The position numbers were made by a program, and so were the translations under genes. A DNA stretch of 64,000 nucleotides from Candidatus Aminicenantes bacterium (GTDB taxonomy: Bacteria; Acidobacteriota; Aminicenantia; UBA2199): NCBI GenBank assembly GCA_963827565.1, contig CAWHBG010000003.1, positions 124,530-188,529 on the forward strand, written 5' to 3'. Of the stretch, positions 1-11,933 are shown piece after piece. The stretch's first letter is position 1. Each line of letters opens with the position of its first letter. The notes beneath the pieces were generated by a model. The model was not told the DNA's origin. It did no database searches and worked only from the letters and a program-made list of their open reading frames with translations.

Positions 1-1458
<1,458 letters not shown>

Positions 1459-2363
1459 TTAATTTGGAATAGAACTCAGCTGAATTTTATCTTGCTTCAA
1501 TTCCCATCCATCGTGCTTATAAAATAATAGTATAATTTTGTTAGAAATAAACAAAAAAAAAGAAAATAAACCAAATATGCCATCCCCCTTCGGGCCCGAC
1601 CGCCCAACCATTCAAATTTCGAACATAAAAACCGGATTAGTTTATGGGAGGCAGGTTAATATGCTTTAAACTCTACTCAGTTATTAATGAAGGGGTCATC
1701 CATTAGAAGGCAAATGTCAATAGTGTAAACTTATCTTTTCATATTTTCATACACTTTACATTTATACACATATGATACACGCATGATTTCGCACCCTTGC
1801 TTTCTTTAATTTAGTTACGGAATAACTATTCCGCACCAGTCATCCATCAGGTTTCAGGTGAAGGATAAGTGAGACATCTTTCCCCATTGATACACATTTT
1901 GTATCCCAGAAAACAATCGGTGCCATACCATGTCCAAAAAGAAAAGATTTCAAGAACTGTGGTTTAAATATCCAACCCCGAACAGGCTCATGGTATGGGC
2001 GAAATAAGTTATATATCATTTTATTTAAAGGGATGCGATAGATTTCCGATCAAGTCTGGTGGTTTTTCCAACCCCTTCGATGGTTCACTATCGCGAATAG
2101 AAAGACAAACGCAATGCCTCCCCTTACAAAAATTATTGCCTGAACGCTGAATAACTGGGATAAACCCTCAACAATAAAACAAACCAAATCGACTTTGCCT
2201 CATTCCGCCCGGTCTAAGCAGATGATCAAAGAACAAGATAGAAAATAGTAGATCTGAGAAGTACTAGAGAGACCTGATCAGGAGATCATCAGATGTTTTA
2301 TTTATAAATATACATGTATATAATCCTGAAGGTGAAAATCATTGTTAAAATGCGAACAACAAG

Positions 2364-2564
2364 TTATTCTTTCTCAAGCTGTGGCTCTGAAGTTATTTCA
2401 CCGTCCGGTAACTGGTATAAGATGGTACCTTTGACAGAAAAAACTGTGGGGATACCCAGTTCTGCATTTTCGTTGATTGCATTCTGGACTGCCTGGTTCC
2501 CTACAGCCTCTATTTCAAATCCTCTCTGGTAGATTTCAAGACTTGAAAACTTACTGATTTTCAT
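2364..2564 (-). CDS. Small partner protein downstream of the zeta-like ATPase (putative antitoxin)
   Basis: 66 aa, overlaps the ATPase stop by 4 nt; the pattern GNQAVQNAINENAELGIPTVFSVKGTILYQLPDG resembles the small ORFs that accompany this ATPase family. Confidence 0.65.
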   Translation of the reverse strand: MKISKFSSLEIYQRGFEIEAVGNQAVQNAINENAELGIPTVFSVKGTILYQLPDGEITSEPQLEKE

Positions 2565-3136
2565 TGTTCAATTATAACATTTTTTTTAAATAAATCGAAA
2601 AGATGATTGTTTTTGATAACATAATCCTTCCCGGATCCCATGGAAATGCGGTCAAATAATTGTTTTGAATTATGAATCAAATACCATTGATCAGCCATAG
2701 GCCTGAAGATATTCCAGAAATTGTTCTTACTTCGGTTGTAGCGGCGGATAACATCAGAATCAGCCACATTGTGTCCTCCCTTGAGCACCCTCTCTTTTAT
2801 CCTTTCAATACATAACTCCGGTGATTCAAGAAAAAGATAAATGATCAATATCGAATACCCCATACTTTTTAGTTTGCTTATATGATGAATCAATGATTTT
2901 CCAGCGAGGGTGGATTCAATAATAAATGAATTTTCATTGTTACTCAATTCCCTGATCTGTTCGTAGAATAACTCACCTGCTTTGAAATCTTTTGTTCTTC
3001 CGTTTTCTGACTTCAATGTTTTCGCAATTTCATCGGCATTCACAAAGGGGAGGTTGAGTTTTTTGGAATAAAGCTTTGCGAAAGTTGTTTTTCCAGACCC
3101 GTTTGCGCCTGAAATAAGTATAATTTCCTTTTTCAT
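2561..3136 (-). CDS. Zeta-toxin-like P-loop ATPase/kinase (COG4185-like)
   Basis: Walker A GANGSGKTT, then FVNADEIA, ESTLAG and RVLKGGHNV. Confidence 0.85.
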   Translation of the reverse strand: MKKEIILISGANGSGKTTFAKLYSKKLNLPFVNADEIAKTLKSENGRTKDFKAGELFYEQIRELSNNENSFIIESTLAGKSLIHHISKLKSMGYSILIIYLFLESPELCIERIKERVLKGGHNVADSDVIRRYNRSKNNFWNIFRPMADQWYLIHNSKQLFDRISMGSGKDYVIKNNHLFDLFKKNVIIEQ

Positions 3137-3373
3137 CTTTTACTTCCATCCTGTTATATAATGATAAATGTTATCATTAAAATTGAACAACTTTGGTTAT
3201 GGTAACGAAATTTAACTAACACTTCAATATTATTCATCAGCACATTTTATTACTATCTTGTTTTATAGCGGGAATTGGAACGATATTCAAAAATGTATAC
3301 TTTTGCGATATAATAGACCTGTTGCCAGAATTTGTTTGAAAAGATCGATATTTTCATTACAACGGAGGATCTG

Positions 3374-4522
3374 ATGAAACTACTGGAAAAAATTCTTGTT
3401 GCCACCGATTTCAGCCATTCATCCGGACATGCAATGAATGTTGCACTTTTTCTTTCAAAAACATTTCATTCTGAGCTGAATATAATTCATGTTCATGGTG
3501 CCGATCCATTAACTGAATCAGAAAGTAAAAAGCTTCATGAATTAACTGTAAAAGAGTTGAATAAAACCATTGATGATTCTGATTATAAAAACCTATCTCT
3601 CTCTGATCCTTTTATCGTGTCTGGTAATCCGTCCGAACAAATTATCAAATATGCGAATAAAAAGGATGTGAATGTCATAATAATTGGCTCTGGGGAAAAA
3701 AAAGATGATGACCGCTTCAAACTTGGTATTACTGTAGAGAGGATTTTAAGGAATAGCAGGAAGCCTGTATGGATAGTTAAGAAAAACTCGCCATCCAGAA
3801 TAAAGAGAATTTTATGCCCGGTAGATTTTTCAGACTCCTCTGAACGGGCATTGAGAAATGCGGTACATTTGGCACGGCATTTAAAAGCAGAACTTGAAAT
3901 TGTCCATGTTATCAAATATTCACCGAGATTATATCTGGGCAGGAAAGAAATTAAAAATGTAGAGAAGGAAAAGTATAAAAACCTGATTAACATCGAATTT
4001 GATAAATTAGTAAAGAAATTGGATTTTGTTGATGTGGAATATAAGCTTCGGTTATTGGAAGGAGATCCACATATAAAGATCCTGGATCACCTGAAAGATC
4101 AACGGTTCGATCTGCTGGTCATGGGGACTGTGGGAAAATCAGGATTTGAAAAAATATTGATAGGTAGTGTCGCAGAAAAAGTGATTCGAGAAGTTCCTTG
4201 TTCCGCACTCATGATCCGGGAGGAATCTCCCATACGACTCAAACTCGAGGATGAAATAGAAAATCTTGATATGTCTATGATACTGGGGAAAGAAATGTTG
4301 AAAAATGGATTTGCAGAAGAGGCATTAAATCAGTTCAAAAACTGCATTTCAATTGATAAATTGTATGCTCCGGCATGGGAAGCACTCTCATTGGCCTATA
4401 AACGGTTGAACCTTCCCGGAGAAGCAAAAATTGCTCTTGAAAATGCCAAAGAAATTCGTCAAAAACTTTGGGAAAGGCAAGTTGAGTTTGAAGTGAAGAA
4501 ACAATATAAGCCTGACAGTTAA
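3374..4522 (+). CDS. Tandem universal stress protein with C-terminal TPR-like extension
   Basis: Two USP domains (KILVATDFS...IIIGS; RILCPVDFS...LLVMGTVG...GSVAEKVIREVPCS) plus a helical tail (AEEALNQFKNCISIDKLYAPAWEALSLAY). Start set at ATG 3374 after GGAGG. Confidence 0.85.
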   Translation: MKLLEKILVATDFSHSSGHAMNVALFLSKTFHSELNIIHVHGADPLTESESKKLHELTVKELNKTIDDSDYKNLSLSDPFIVSGNPSEQIIKYANKKDVNVIIIGSGEKKDDDRFKLGITVERILRNSRKPVWIVKKNSPSRIKRILCPVDFSDSSERALRNAVHLARHLKAELEIVHVIKYSPRLYLGRKEIKNVEKEKYKNLINIEFDKLVKKLDFVDVEYKLRLLEGDPHIKILDHLKDQRFDLLVMGTVGKSGFEKILIGSVAEKVIREVPCSALMIREESPIRLKLEDEIENLDMSMILGKEMLKNGFAEEALNQFKNCISIDKLYAPAWEALSLAYKRLNLPGEAKIALENAKEIRQKLWERQVEFEVKKQYKPDS

Positions 4523-4530
4523 GGAAATAT

Positions 4531-5168
4531 TTGAAAATACAAATCAGTAGAGAACTGCTAACAGAAATAGGTATACGTTCCATTGTCTTTTTAATAATTC
4601 TTTTCACTGCATTTGTAATAGCGAAAGTGATTAAGAAGTTGATGTTGAGAAAACAGCAATTCCTGAGAATTGACAAAACCAAGTACCTGTTCGTAGTTCA
4701 TTTTATATCGGGTATGTTTTATTTTTTCGGGGTTGCCCTAGCGTTGTATTCAATACCTTTGCTGCGTGGCCTTGCAGGGACAATTTTTGCCGGGTCAGGT
4801 GTGGTTGCAGTTATTTTTGGATTTGCATCCAGAAACGCTTTGCAAATATTGTCAGTGGATTTTTTATTGCACTTTACAAACCGTTCGGAATAGAGGACCG
4901 GATTCAATTGGTGGGGAAAGATTTTATTGGAGTTGTTGAGGATATAACACTCAGGCATATTGAACCCGATAAATATAGGAACCCAGCTTCTGTAAATTTA
5001 CGAGCTTATATCTGGACCCGTGATCAGGAAACTGCCTTCACTCTTGGTTGTGATCTGAATTACAGTGTGAAATCAAGATTCGATCGGGAAGGTATCGAGA
5101 TTCCCTTCCCATACAGAACACTGGTTTTTAAGGACAAGAGTAACGTACAAGCAGAAACAAAAAAATAG
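4531..5168 (+). pseudogene. mscS: MscS-family mechanosensitive channel; frameshift near 4840 and a large internal deletion
   Basis: GSGVVAVIFGFAS, then after a frameshift ANIVSGFFIALYKPFGIEDRIQL...GVVEDITLRH, joined within ~10 residues to SVNLRAY...FDREGIEIPFPYRTL. Confidence 0.8.
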
Positions 5169-5238
5169 AGGCGTCGAACCATTCTGTTTTTCAATGATAG
5201 TATGGTCTCAGATTTTTGCACAAAAGCAAGAGCTGTTC

Positions 5239-5583
5239 TTATCTCATGACTGAAAATTCATTGATCTCCAGGTCGAAGGTCTTATCATCTGTGATCACAA
5301 GTCTTTTTTCAGAATTGATTTTATAGAGCGCCTGTTCAATATCAGCATTTGAAGGTAGTACATTGACAATATTCCCCGAATTGCCCGGATCAAAGATCCG
5401 TGTTCTTTTATCCGGTCTACGTTGGTATTGGTTGGTGGTCATATCAAAAATAAATGCATATCCGGTTACTCTGATCAGGCGATTTTCAGCTTCAGTGATC
5501 TCTCCGATGAAATGCCGTCGCAGATCGCTATCAAAAGTCCTGCGGACCATAACATGTACCTTTTCTCCTTTATTTAGAACCAT
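5239..5583 (-). CDS. Hypothetical protein
   Basis: Open frame with protein-like composition; AGGAG RBS before ATG 5583 (MVLNKGEKVH). Confidence 0.6.
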   Translation of the reverse strand: MVLNKGEKVHVMVRRTFDSDLRRHFIGEITEAENRLIRVTGYAFIFDMTTNQYQRRPDKRTRIFDPGNSGNIVNVLPSNADIEQALYKINSEKRLVITDDKTFDLEINEFSVMR

Positions 5584-5788
5584 TTCAGGATCTCCTTGAA
5601 GCAATTATAACACGCCTGTTTTCAATTTTATAAACAGTTAAAAGTATTGAAAATATTTCTTCAATTCAAATTAAAATAACAGGCTATGTTCTTCACTCCG
5701 GATCATGATCTGAAATTTATGAGCGGAAAGAAGAGATCAACCCGGATATCAGGACAATTATTAGAGGTGGATCCCCTGATTATCTTTC

Positions 5789-5992
5789 CTAAAATGAGTA
5801 TCGGAGAGAATTACTGACTGTATATGAATATTTATTAATTCCCGGTGCCGGCATCGAGTCATAGTCAAATCCGACACTAAGGATAAAGGATAATCTCTTT
5901 GTAAGTTTTACATGAAAATGATTCACCGATGAAAGCCTGAAATCAGAAAACTTCTCAATATTGGGTTGATAGTATGTTGTACCGGTAAGCAT
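5789..5992 (-). pseudogene. C-terminal remnant of a DUF481-like outer-membrane beta-barrel
   Basis: TTYYQPNIEKFSDFR...GFDYDSMPAPGINK...SNSLRYSF shows beta-strand alternation and a terminal Phe; no N-terminal part is present upstream. Confidence 0.55.
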
Positions 5993-6058
5993 GGTTTTCA
6001 GATAGGGAGAACTAGTAGGACATGGACTTGCCCCAAGTTCCTGTCGAGAAATTAATTT

Positions 6059-6239
6059 TAGATATATTGGAATTGAATGGAGCTTACACCACTATTAGCC
6101 GGTTTTAATGACTTTTATTTGGCACTACTTGAAATTATTTTTAACAATAAAATTTTAGTGCTGTGGAAATAGCCTATATATCGGAAGGAAAAAACGCACC
6201 CGGAGCGACTCGAACGCCCAACATGCTTATTAGAAGTCA
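6059..6239 (-). repeat. Diverged direct-repeat copy of 21930..22111, including the 3' half of tRNA-Arg (att-like)
   Basis: 6195..6239 matches 22067..22111 at 42/45 nt (first 28 identical). The adjacent ~136 nt align essentially without gaps at roughly 85% identity (hand alignment). Confidence 0.9.
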
Positions 6240-6479
6240 CGCCTAGCTTGATTTAATTATTTTCCAAAATCGTGGAAACATGTTTAAATCAATATTTTTT
6301 TTATTTAAAAAAAATAGAAAACTAAATGAATCTACTTTCTATTTTATTATTCACCAGTTAATAAAGTAATAAATGAGAAAATTTTCCTATTTTCTTACTA
6401 TTTTTTATACGTAAAATAAATATATGAATTTAATGTTAAATCAAACAACTATGGGGAAGGATCTGAGGGGGAAAATAAT

Positions 6480-6971
6480 ATGATCAATAAACTACACAGG
6501 TTTTTCAATTTAAATTTTCTGATTTTTATGATTATCGGGCTGTTAACTGCATCGGGATGTAAAGACATCAAAATCCATGATCTAGAGCTTAATGGAGTTT
6601 TGCTTAATTATTCTGGATGTAAAGAAGATTCCTCAAGTACATTTAAGAATAATAACCAGCAAGACCCTCAGGAATGTATTGTCTTTGATTATAATGGAAG
6701 TGTTCTTAAATTAAAACATGTGAATGCATATTTAAACTGCTGCCCCGGAGAAATTACTGCCGACTTCAGGTTTGTAAATCAATCCATTACAATCACAGAA
6801 AAGGAGGAAAAGATAGGATGTTTATGCAATTGCTATTATGACATTGATTATGTTATTGGTAATATCAGTGCTAAGGTCTATATAATTTCCATTAAAAAAG
6901 GAGATGAAATAGCATTTGAATGTTCAATAGACCTTGCCTCCTGCAGTCATGGAACCATATGTGGGGAGTGA
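6480..6971 (+). CDS. Cys-rich hypothetical lipoprotein
   Basis: Lipobox LTASGC; NCC and CLCNC motifs. Confidence 0.65.
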   Translation: MINKLHRFFNLNFLIFMIIGLLTASGCKDIKIHDLELNGVLLNYSGCKEDSSSTFKNNNQQDPQECIVFDYNGSVLKLKHVNAYLNCCPGEITADFRFVNQSITITEKEEKIGCLCNCYYDIDYVIGNISAKVYIISIKKGDEIAFECSIDLASCSHGTICGE

Positions 6972-6976
6972 ACCTT

Positions 6977-8209
6977 ATGACCACTTTTAATCCGATAGAC
7001 CCGAATAAAAGAGTCGAAATTCTTGATGTGCTCAGGGGTTTCGCACTATTGGGGATTATATTTAATAACATTCTGTATTTCAGTGGCTATTCTTTCATCC
7101 CTTTTAGTGATTTGAAACAATTTCCCGGTTTCCAATTAAACCAACTATTATATAATTTTCTTGACATTGTTGTTACTGCAAAGTTTTATACTCTCTTTTC
7201 AATCCTTTTTGCAGTGGGTTTTTATCTGCAATTCAGTAAATACCGCGATAGTTCGATTGATTTTTTAAGAACGTATCGAAGAAGACTTTTTATCCTCCTT
7301 TGTATAGGCTTAGCACATAGTCTGATCTGGTTCGGTGATATTTTATTTCTATACGCAATCCTTGGTTTTATCCTTATTCTTTTCCGGAATGTCAAATCAA
7401 AGAATCTGCTGAAGTGGTCATTGTTATTCCTGTTTCTGCCAGTATTTTTCGATATGGCATTCTTACTGTTTTCTCAGACAAATCAAATAGCCGGCATTGT
7501 AAGTCAGGGATCTGCCGCACATTCTACTTATCCAGATATAACCGCGGAAGTTGTTATTAACACATTCAAGGATGGAACAATTATAGAAATATTTTTCCTG
7601 AATATTCATAACCTGATATGGAAATGGCTCAGCTATATACCCTCGGGAAGATTAATGATAACATTGGGGATATTTTTGCTTGGCTACTATTTAAGCTCTA
7701 TTAAATTCTTTGAGGAAAAAGCAAAATCCACATTTTTACTGGTTTTCAGTTTAATTGTCGGACTTCTTACTACCATATCAGCTCAGGTATTGGGTGGTAA
7801 TCCATATCTCTTTCCACCAACAATTTCTAACACATTATATAAAGCCCTTTTGACAACAGGTCAGATATTTATATGTATTTTCTATATCACTTCTATTTTT
7901 AAGATCATACAATCTTCCATGGGAAAAAGAATTTTAAATTATTTGAAACCTTTTGGAAGAATGGCATTAACCAATTATATTTTTCAAACAATTATTTGTA
8001 CCTTAATTTTCTACAATTTCGGATTTAATCTTATTGGCAGAATAGGTTTAAGATATATTGTCATCATAGCTGTTTTGGTATTACTATTTCAGATAGTACT
8101 GAGTAATTTCTGGTTGAAGTATTACAGATTCGGGCCATTAGAATGGATCTGGCGTTCACTAACATATAAAAAGAAGATAGAAATAAGGAACGAGGTTTTA
8201 AACAAATAA
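6977..8209 (+). CDS. DUF418 (YeiB-like) membrane protein
   Basis: RVEILDVLRGFALLGI, KFYTLFSILFAVGF, GRMALTNYIFQT, FGPLEWIWRSLTY. Confidence 0.9.
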   Translation: MTTFNPIDPNKRVEILDVLRGFALLGIIFNNILYFSGYSFIPFSDLKQFPGFQLNQLLYNFLDIVVTAKFYTLFSILFAVGFYLQFSKYRDSSIDFLRTYRRRLFILLCIGLAHSLIWFGDILFLYAILGFILILFRNVKSKNLLKWSLLFLFLPVFFDMAFLLFSQTNQIAGIVSQGSAAHSTYPDITAEVVINTFKDGTIIEIFFLNIHNLIWKWLSYIPSGRLMITLGIFLLGYYLSSIKFFEEKAKSTFLLVFSLIVGLLTTISAQVLGGNPYLFPPTISNTLYKALLTTGQIFICIFYITSIFKIIQSSMGKRILNYLKPFGRMALTNYIFQTIICTLIFYNFGFNLIGRIGLRYIVIIAVLVLLFQIVLSNFWLKYYRFGPLEWIWRSLTYKKKIEIRNEVLNK

Positions 8210-8347
8210 ACTTACTTTATTGTATTCAAAAATCGATTATTTTCTTCGTTTAATCGGGTCAAAAAAAAATAGTATTTCAGATTTAATCAAAAAAGTATTG
8301 TAATCCAAGAGATTCAGCATGTTTAACCTAAGCTTTTCAAACGAATG

Positions 8348-8374
8348 AAAAAGGCCGTCCCCGGAGGGACGGCC
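8348..8374 (-). terminator. Rho-independent terminator of the TonB receptor gene
   Basis: Stem GGCCGTCCC/GGGACGGCC (8353-8361/8366-8374), 4-nt loop, T5 tract on the minus strand. Confidence 0.8.
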
Positions 8375-8404
8375 CATATGTTAATACCGTTTTAGATTAC
8401 AGTA

Positions 8405-11269
8405 TTAGAAGTTAACCCTGAATCCGAACTGGAATATCCCGGGATTAAGGATCCTCTGAATGTCACCGGTGTTGGCTGTACCAAGTTTTGGTTCAACACC
8501 CAAAGTAATTGCATTGTTGGTGACATTGTATGCATCTACAAATAATGTTGCTGTTACTGTGTCAGACACTTTAAATGTCTTCTCAAGACCCATGCTCAGC
8601 ATCCAGAATGTTGGAAGCCTGTCTTCTCCAATTTTAGTGCCGGGCAGATACATATCCGTCCAACTGAGACCGGAACCTCTCTGAAATGACTCATGATATG
8701 GAATGACATACCCTTCTCTTGCCTGAAGAACACCGGTGATATTGATGCCCCACGGGAGCTGATAAAGGCCTGACATTTTCAGCATCCATCTGGAGTTTAC
8801 AAAGATACCGGTATATCCTGAACCGCCGGATTCCGGTGCCACAACCCCTCCATCGTAGAAATCATAGTTGGTCTGATCAAAAAACTCTGAAGGATCTCTT
8901 TTGGATACCCAGTCCTGCCAGGTGAACGATGCATCAAACATCCATTTGTTCGAGAACTTCTTGGTGACAACAAACTGAACGGCCATATACTTGTTGTAGG
9001 TCTTCTTATAGTTGGCCATCTGTTGGGCAACAGGATAATCGTATCTCTCATAGTACGGTTTCGTTGCACCATTAGAGAATGTATAAATTCCCTTTTGAAA
9101 CCAGTTGGCAGCAGTTTCAAGACTACCATCTGCCATTATGTTTCTGTATCTTATCTGATTGCTTTTCTTCTTATAGAAAAGGGTAACGTTAGCAGCAAAA
9201 TCATCTCCCAGCTCTTTCTCAAATGAAAGTGATAATTCATCAAGTATAGGTGAATTCAAATCTGATGCGTATGTGTTACTGCTTGTTGCTCCATAAGGAT
9301 TAACTGTATCTACATGCCACCACAGCCAATCATCCGGATCTTCACTCCACTCACCCAACTCTGGAATATTATCGCCATCATCCGCCCAGTATACATCAAT
9401 TTCTCTCCAATCCAGCGCCCAGGTATGGTCCGCAATTGAGTTACCGCTCTGTGATCCGTACCTTGCTGCAGATAACTTTACAACATTCTTTCCGTCACCT
9501 GTAATATCATATGAAAATGAAAGTCTTGGAGAAAATACCTCAAAAGCACCATCTGCTTTAGCGGCGATCGCTGATTTGTCCCCCAGATAATCTGTAAAGA
9601 TGGGAACACCGTTAAATGTTAATCCCGGGGCTGTTGCCGGATTATGTGAGCCTGATTCCTTATCATATCTGATACCGATGTTGGCGGTTAATTTTCCGAA
9701 TGTAACTGTATCGGACAGATAGAATGACATCCTTTCAAATCCGACATCGTAAACCCAATTGGGATACCACCAGATCTCTTTGTAATAGTCTGTGTCATTT
9801 CTGTCCCATGACATCAGCCATCTCTGATTAGGAAGAAGGGTCTGAGATGTGGTATCGGCCGTGTAATAGTCCACACCGAATCTGATCTCATGGTCTCCAC
9901 CCAGTACGCCTTCTGCAAAATAGTTACCGCTGAGTGAAAGGTTCAATGTATTTCTGTTGGTGAAAAAATCGAGCATTCCACCTCCGTAATAATCACCTGG
10001 TACATAATAACGCCAAAGGTCATCGCCAACAAGAAACCCATCTTCAATAACATTTGTAGCATTATCTGATATCAGTTCAAATCCACCGTCTGTATAAGCG
10101 AACTTTGCTGTTAACATCAGATTGCCCATGATGTGCTGCAGTGAACCGGTGTAAACCGCGCCCGGACCATCCTGGTTAAAGAGCGAATCCTGAACAGCAG
10201 CGCCCCAATTTGCCCTGCCCCATTTTTTCTTTGCGTCATATGAATAGTGGAAGTCACCGCTGGTGTTACCCAGCTGGAAATTCACCTTACCATAAGCTGA
10301 TACCAGCCAGGTTGAATCCTCGCCGCCTGTTATCTGTCTGGCGTGAATGTCCTGTACGCCCCATGATCCGAAGAACCATAATTTGTCCTTGATGATCGGG
10401 CCACCGAAGTTAACGCCGTACTGATACAATCTGAAGATACCGGGTGATACCCATCCGTTATCCAAAATAGACTGCGGAAGGTCCTGAGACATTTCCCACG
10501 CTTCATCTTCAATATAAAGATGAAAGTCTCCGCTATAGTTATTACCTGCCCTCTTCGAAACGAAGTTCAGCTGTACACCACCTGTCTGAGCGGTAATATC
10601 ATTGCTGCCAAGTGTGATCTGAAGTTCTTCATAAGCATTAACATTCAGATAAGCAGGAGCAGCTCCGATCGCTGACGGGTCTGTCATGTTAGCACCGTCA
10701 ATGTTCCATGTTGTATCATCGGAATCTGATCCATGGCCATAAAATGATGACTGCTGACCTGATTCAGCTCCACCAACATCTTCCCTGTCCATCATCATAC
10801 CTGGTACCAGGTTCATGACTGTCCATGGGTTTCTTGCTGTTGGAAGTGACTGCATCATTTCCTGTGATACATTTACTGACACTGTGGTCTTCCTTGTGTC
10901 AATCACATTGGCCTCTCCCTTAACTTCAACCACCTCTTTTAATTGAGAGGTTTCCATCTGTACGGTAAAGGTCTTGTTCTTACCAACGAACAGCCTTATC
11001 GCCTTCTGAACTACTGTTTTGAACCCTTCGAGTTCAAACCTTAATTCAAATATTCCCGGGGGATTTGAGAGAAATCTGAAATTCCCCTGTTCGGATGTAA
11101 CTGTAACTTTCTTACCGACAACATCACCGGTCAGAGTTACTGCTACTCCGGGGATCGCTGATCCATCAGGCAGTACTACTGTACCGTAGATGTCAGCTGT
11201 TGCTCCCTGAGCGAATGCCAGTCCTGAAAGAACTGCAACCGCTACGAGAAGTGTAAATAGCTTTTTCAT
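8405..11269 (-). CDS. Oar-like TonB-dependent receptor with N-terminal carboxypeptidase-regulatory-like domain
   Basis: Signal peptide; GTVVLPDGSAIPGVAVTL...GNFRF; plug region LPTARNPWTVMNLVPG; YGVNFGGPIIKDKLWFFGS; C-terminal FQFGFRVNF. Confidence 0.9.
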   Translation of the reverse strand: MKKLFTLLVAVAVLSGLAFAQGATADIYGTVVLPDGSAIPGVAVTLTGDVVGKKVTVTSEQGNFRFLSNPPGIFELRFELEGFKTVVQKAIRLFVGKNKTFTVQMETSQLKEVVEVKGEANVIDTRKTTVSVNVSQEMMQSLPTARNPWTVMNLVPGMMMDREDVGGAESGQQSSFYGHGSDSDDTTWNIDGANMTDPSAIGAAPAYLNVNAYEELQITLGSNDITAQTGGVQLNFVSKRAGNNYSGDFHLYIEDEAWEMSQDLPQSILDNGWVSPGIFRLYQYGVNFGGPIIKDKLWFFGSWGVQDIHARQITGGEDSTWLVSAYGKVNFQLGNTSGDFHYSYDAKKKWGRANWGAAVQDSLFNQDGPGAVYTGSLQHIMGNLMLTAKFAYTDGGFELISDNATNVIEDGFLVGDDLWRYYVPGDYYGGGMLDFFTNRNTLNLSLSGNYFAEGVLGGDHEIRFGVDYYTADTTSQTLLPNQRWLMSWDRNDTDYYKEIWWYPNWVYDVGFERMSFYLSDTVTFGKLTANIGIRYDKESGSHNPATAPGLTFNGVPIFTDYLGDKSAIAAKADGAFEVFSPRLSFSYDITGDGKNVVKLSAARYGSQSGNSIADHTWALDWREIDVYWADDGDNIPELGEWSEDPDDWLWWHVDTVNPYGATSSNTYASDLNSPILDELSLSFEKELGDDFAANVTLFYKKKSNQIRYRNIMADGSLETAANWFQKGIYTFSNGATKPYYERYDYPVAQQMANYKKTYNKYMAVQFVVTKKFSNKWMFDASFTWQDWVSKRDPSEFFDQTNYDFYDGGVVAPESGGSGYTGIFVNSRWMLKMSGLYQLPWGINITGVLQAREGYVIPYHESFQRGSGLSWTDMYLPGTKIGEDRLPTFWMLSMGLEKTFKVSDTVTATLFVDAYNVTNNAITLGVEPKLGTANTGDIQRILNPGIFQFGFRVNF

Positions 11270-11581
11270 TAAAAGCCTCCTTGTTAAGATCAGAAAAAAT
11301 TCTTTTCTGTCACTTTTAACATTCAGATTTCATTCCAGATCAGAAAAAAAGACATGGTGTTTTTGACATCAATCTTATATCGGTGAGTTCCGGTTTTAAA
11401 AGAGGTGAGAAATGCAAATAAAGTTTTGATAAAATTGTAAAAAAAAAATATCAAATGAGATTTTTCATATATATGAATTAAAAAATCAAAAAATCGTAGT
11501 CGGGGACTACCTGTTAAAAGTAAATATTAATAAAAGCAAGAATAAATCCTCTTTAAATTGCTATACGGATCTTTTTTTAAG

Positions 11582-11932
11582 CTAAGATTGTGAGATATTT
11601 ATATTCTCAATGATATATTTGAGGTCCTTTTGACTCCTGATCTTCCTTATCTCTTTAATTTTGAATTTCTTTATCTTTTCATTCAGAGTGGTTGGTTTCA
11701 ACCCGAGAATAAATGAGGCTATTCTCTGGCTCCCGCCTGACACTCTTAATGCCCGGCAAATCATCTCCCTCTCAAATTCCCTCATAAAATTTTTAAGTGG
11801 GACATTAGAGCTAACGCAATTATTCAAAAGATAATTCTTAATGATAATATCTTTCAATTTTTTAATATCATCTGTGATATTTTTTAAATCCGCTCCATTA
11901 TAAAATTCATCAATTTTTTCATCTGTTTTCAT
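11582..11932 (-). CDS. Stand-alone Fis-type HTH protein
   Basis: EREMICRALRVSGGSQRIASFILGLKPTTLNEKIKK; no AAA+ or receiver domain. Confidence 0.75.
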   Translation of the reverse strand: MKTDEKIDEFYNGADLKNITDDIKKLKDIIIKNYLLNNCVSSNVPLKNFMREFEREMICRALRVSGGSQRIASFILGLKPTTLNEKIKKFKIKEIRKIRSQKDLKYIIENINISQS

Positions 11933-11933
11933 T

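Noticed and set aside
8353-8374. Terminator core CCGTCCCC resembling the transposase inverted repeat
   Set aside because: Only 8 nt are shared, and the hairpin is fully explained as a terminator.
11270-11581. Sigma54 promoter for the Fis-type HTH protein
   Set aside because: No TGGCAC-N5-TTGC found, and the protein lacks an AAA+ domain.
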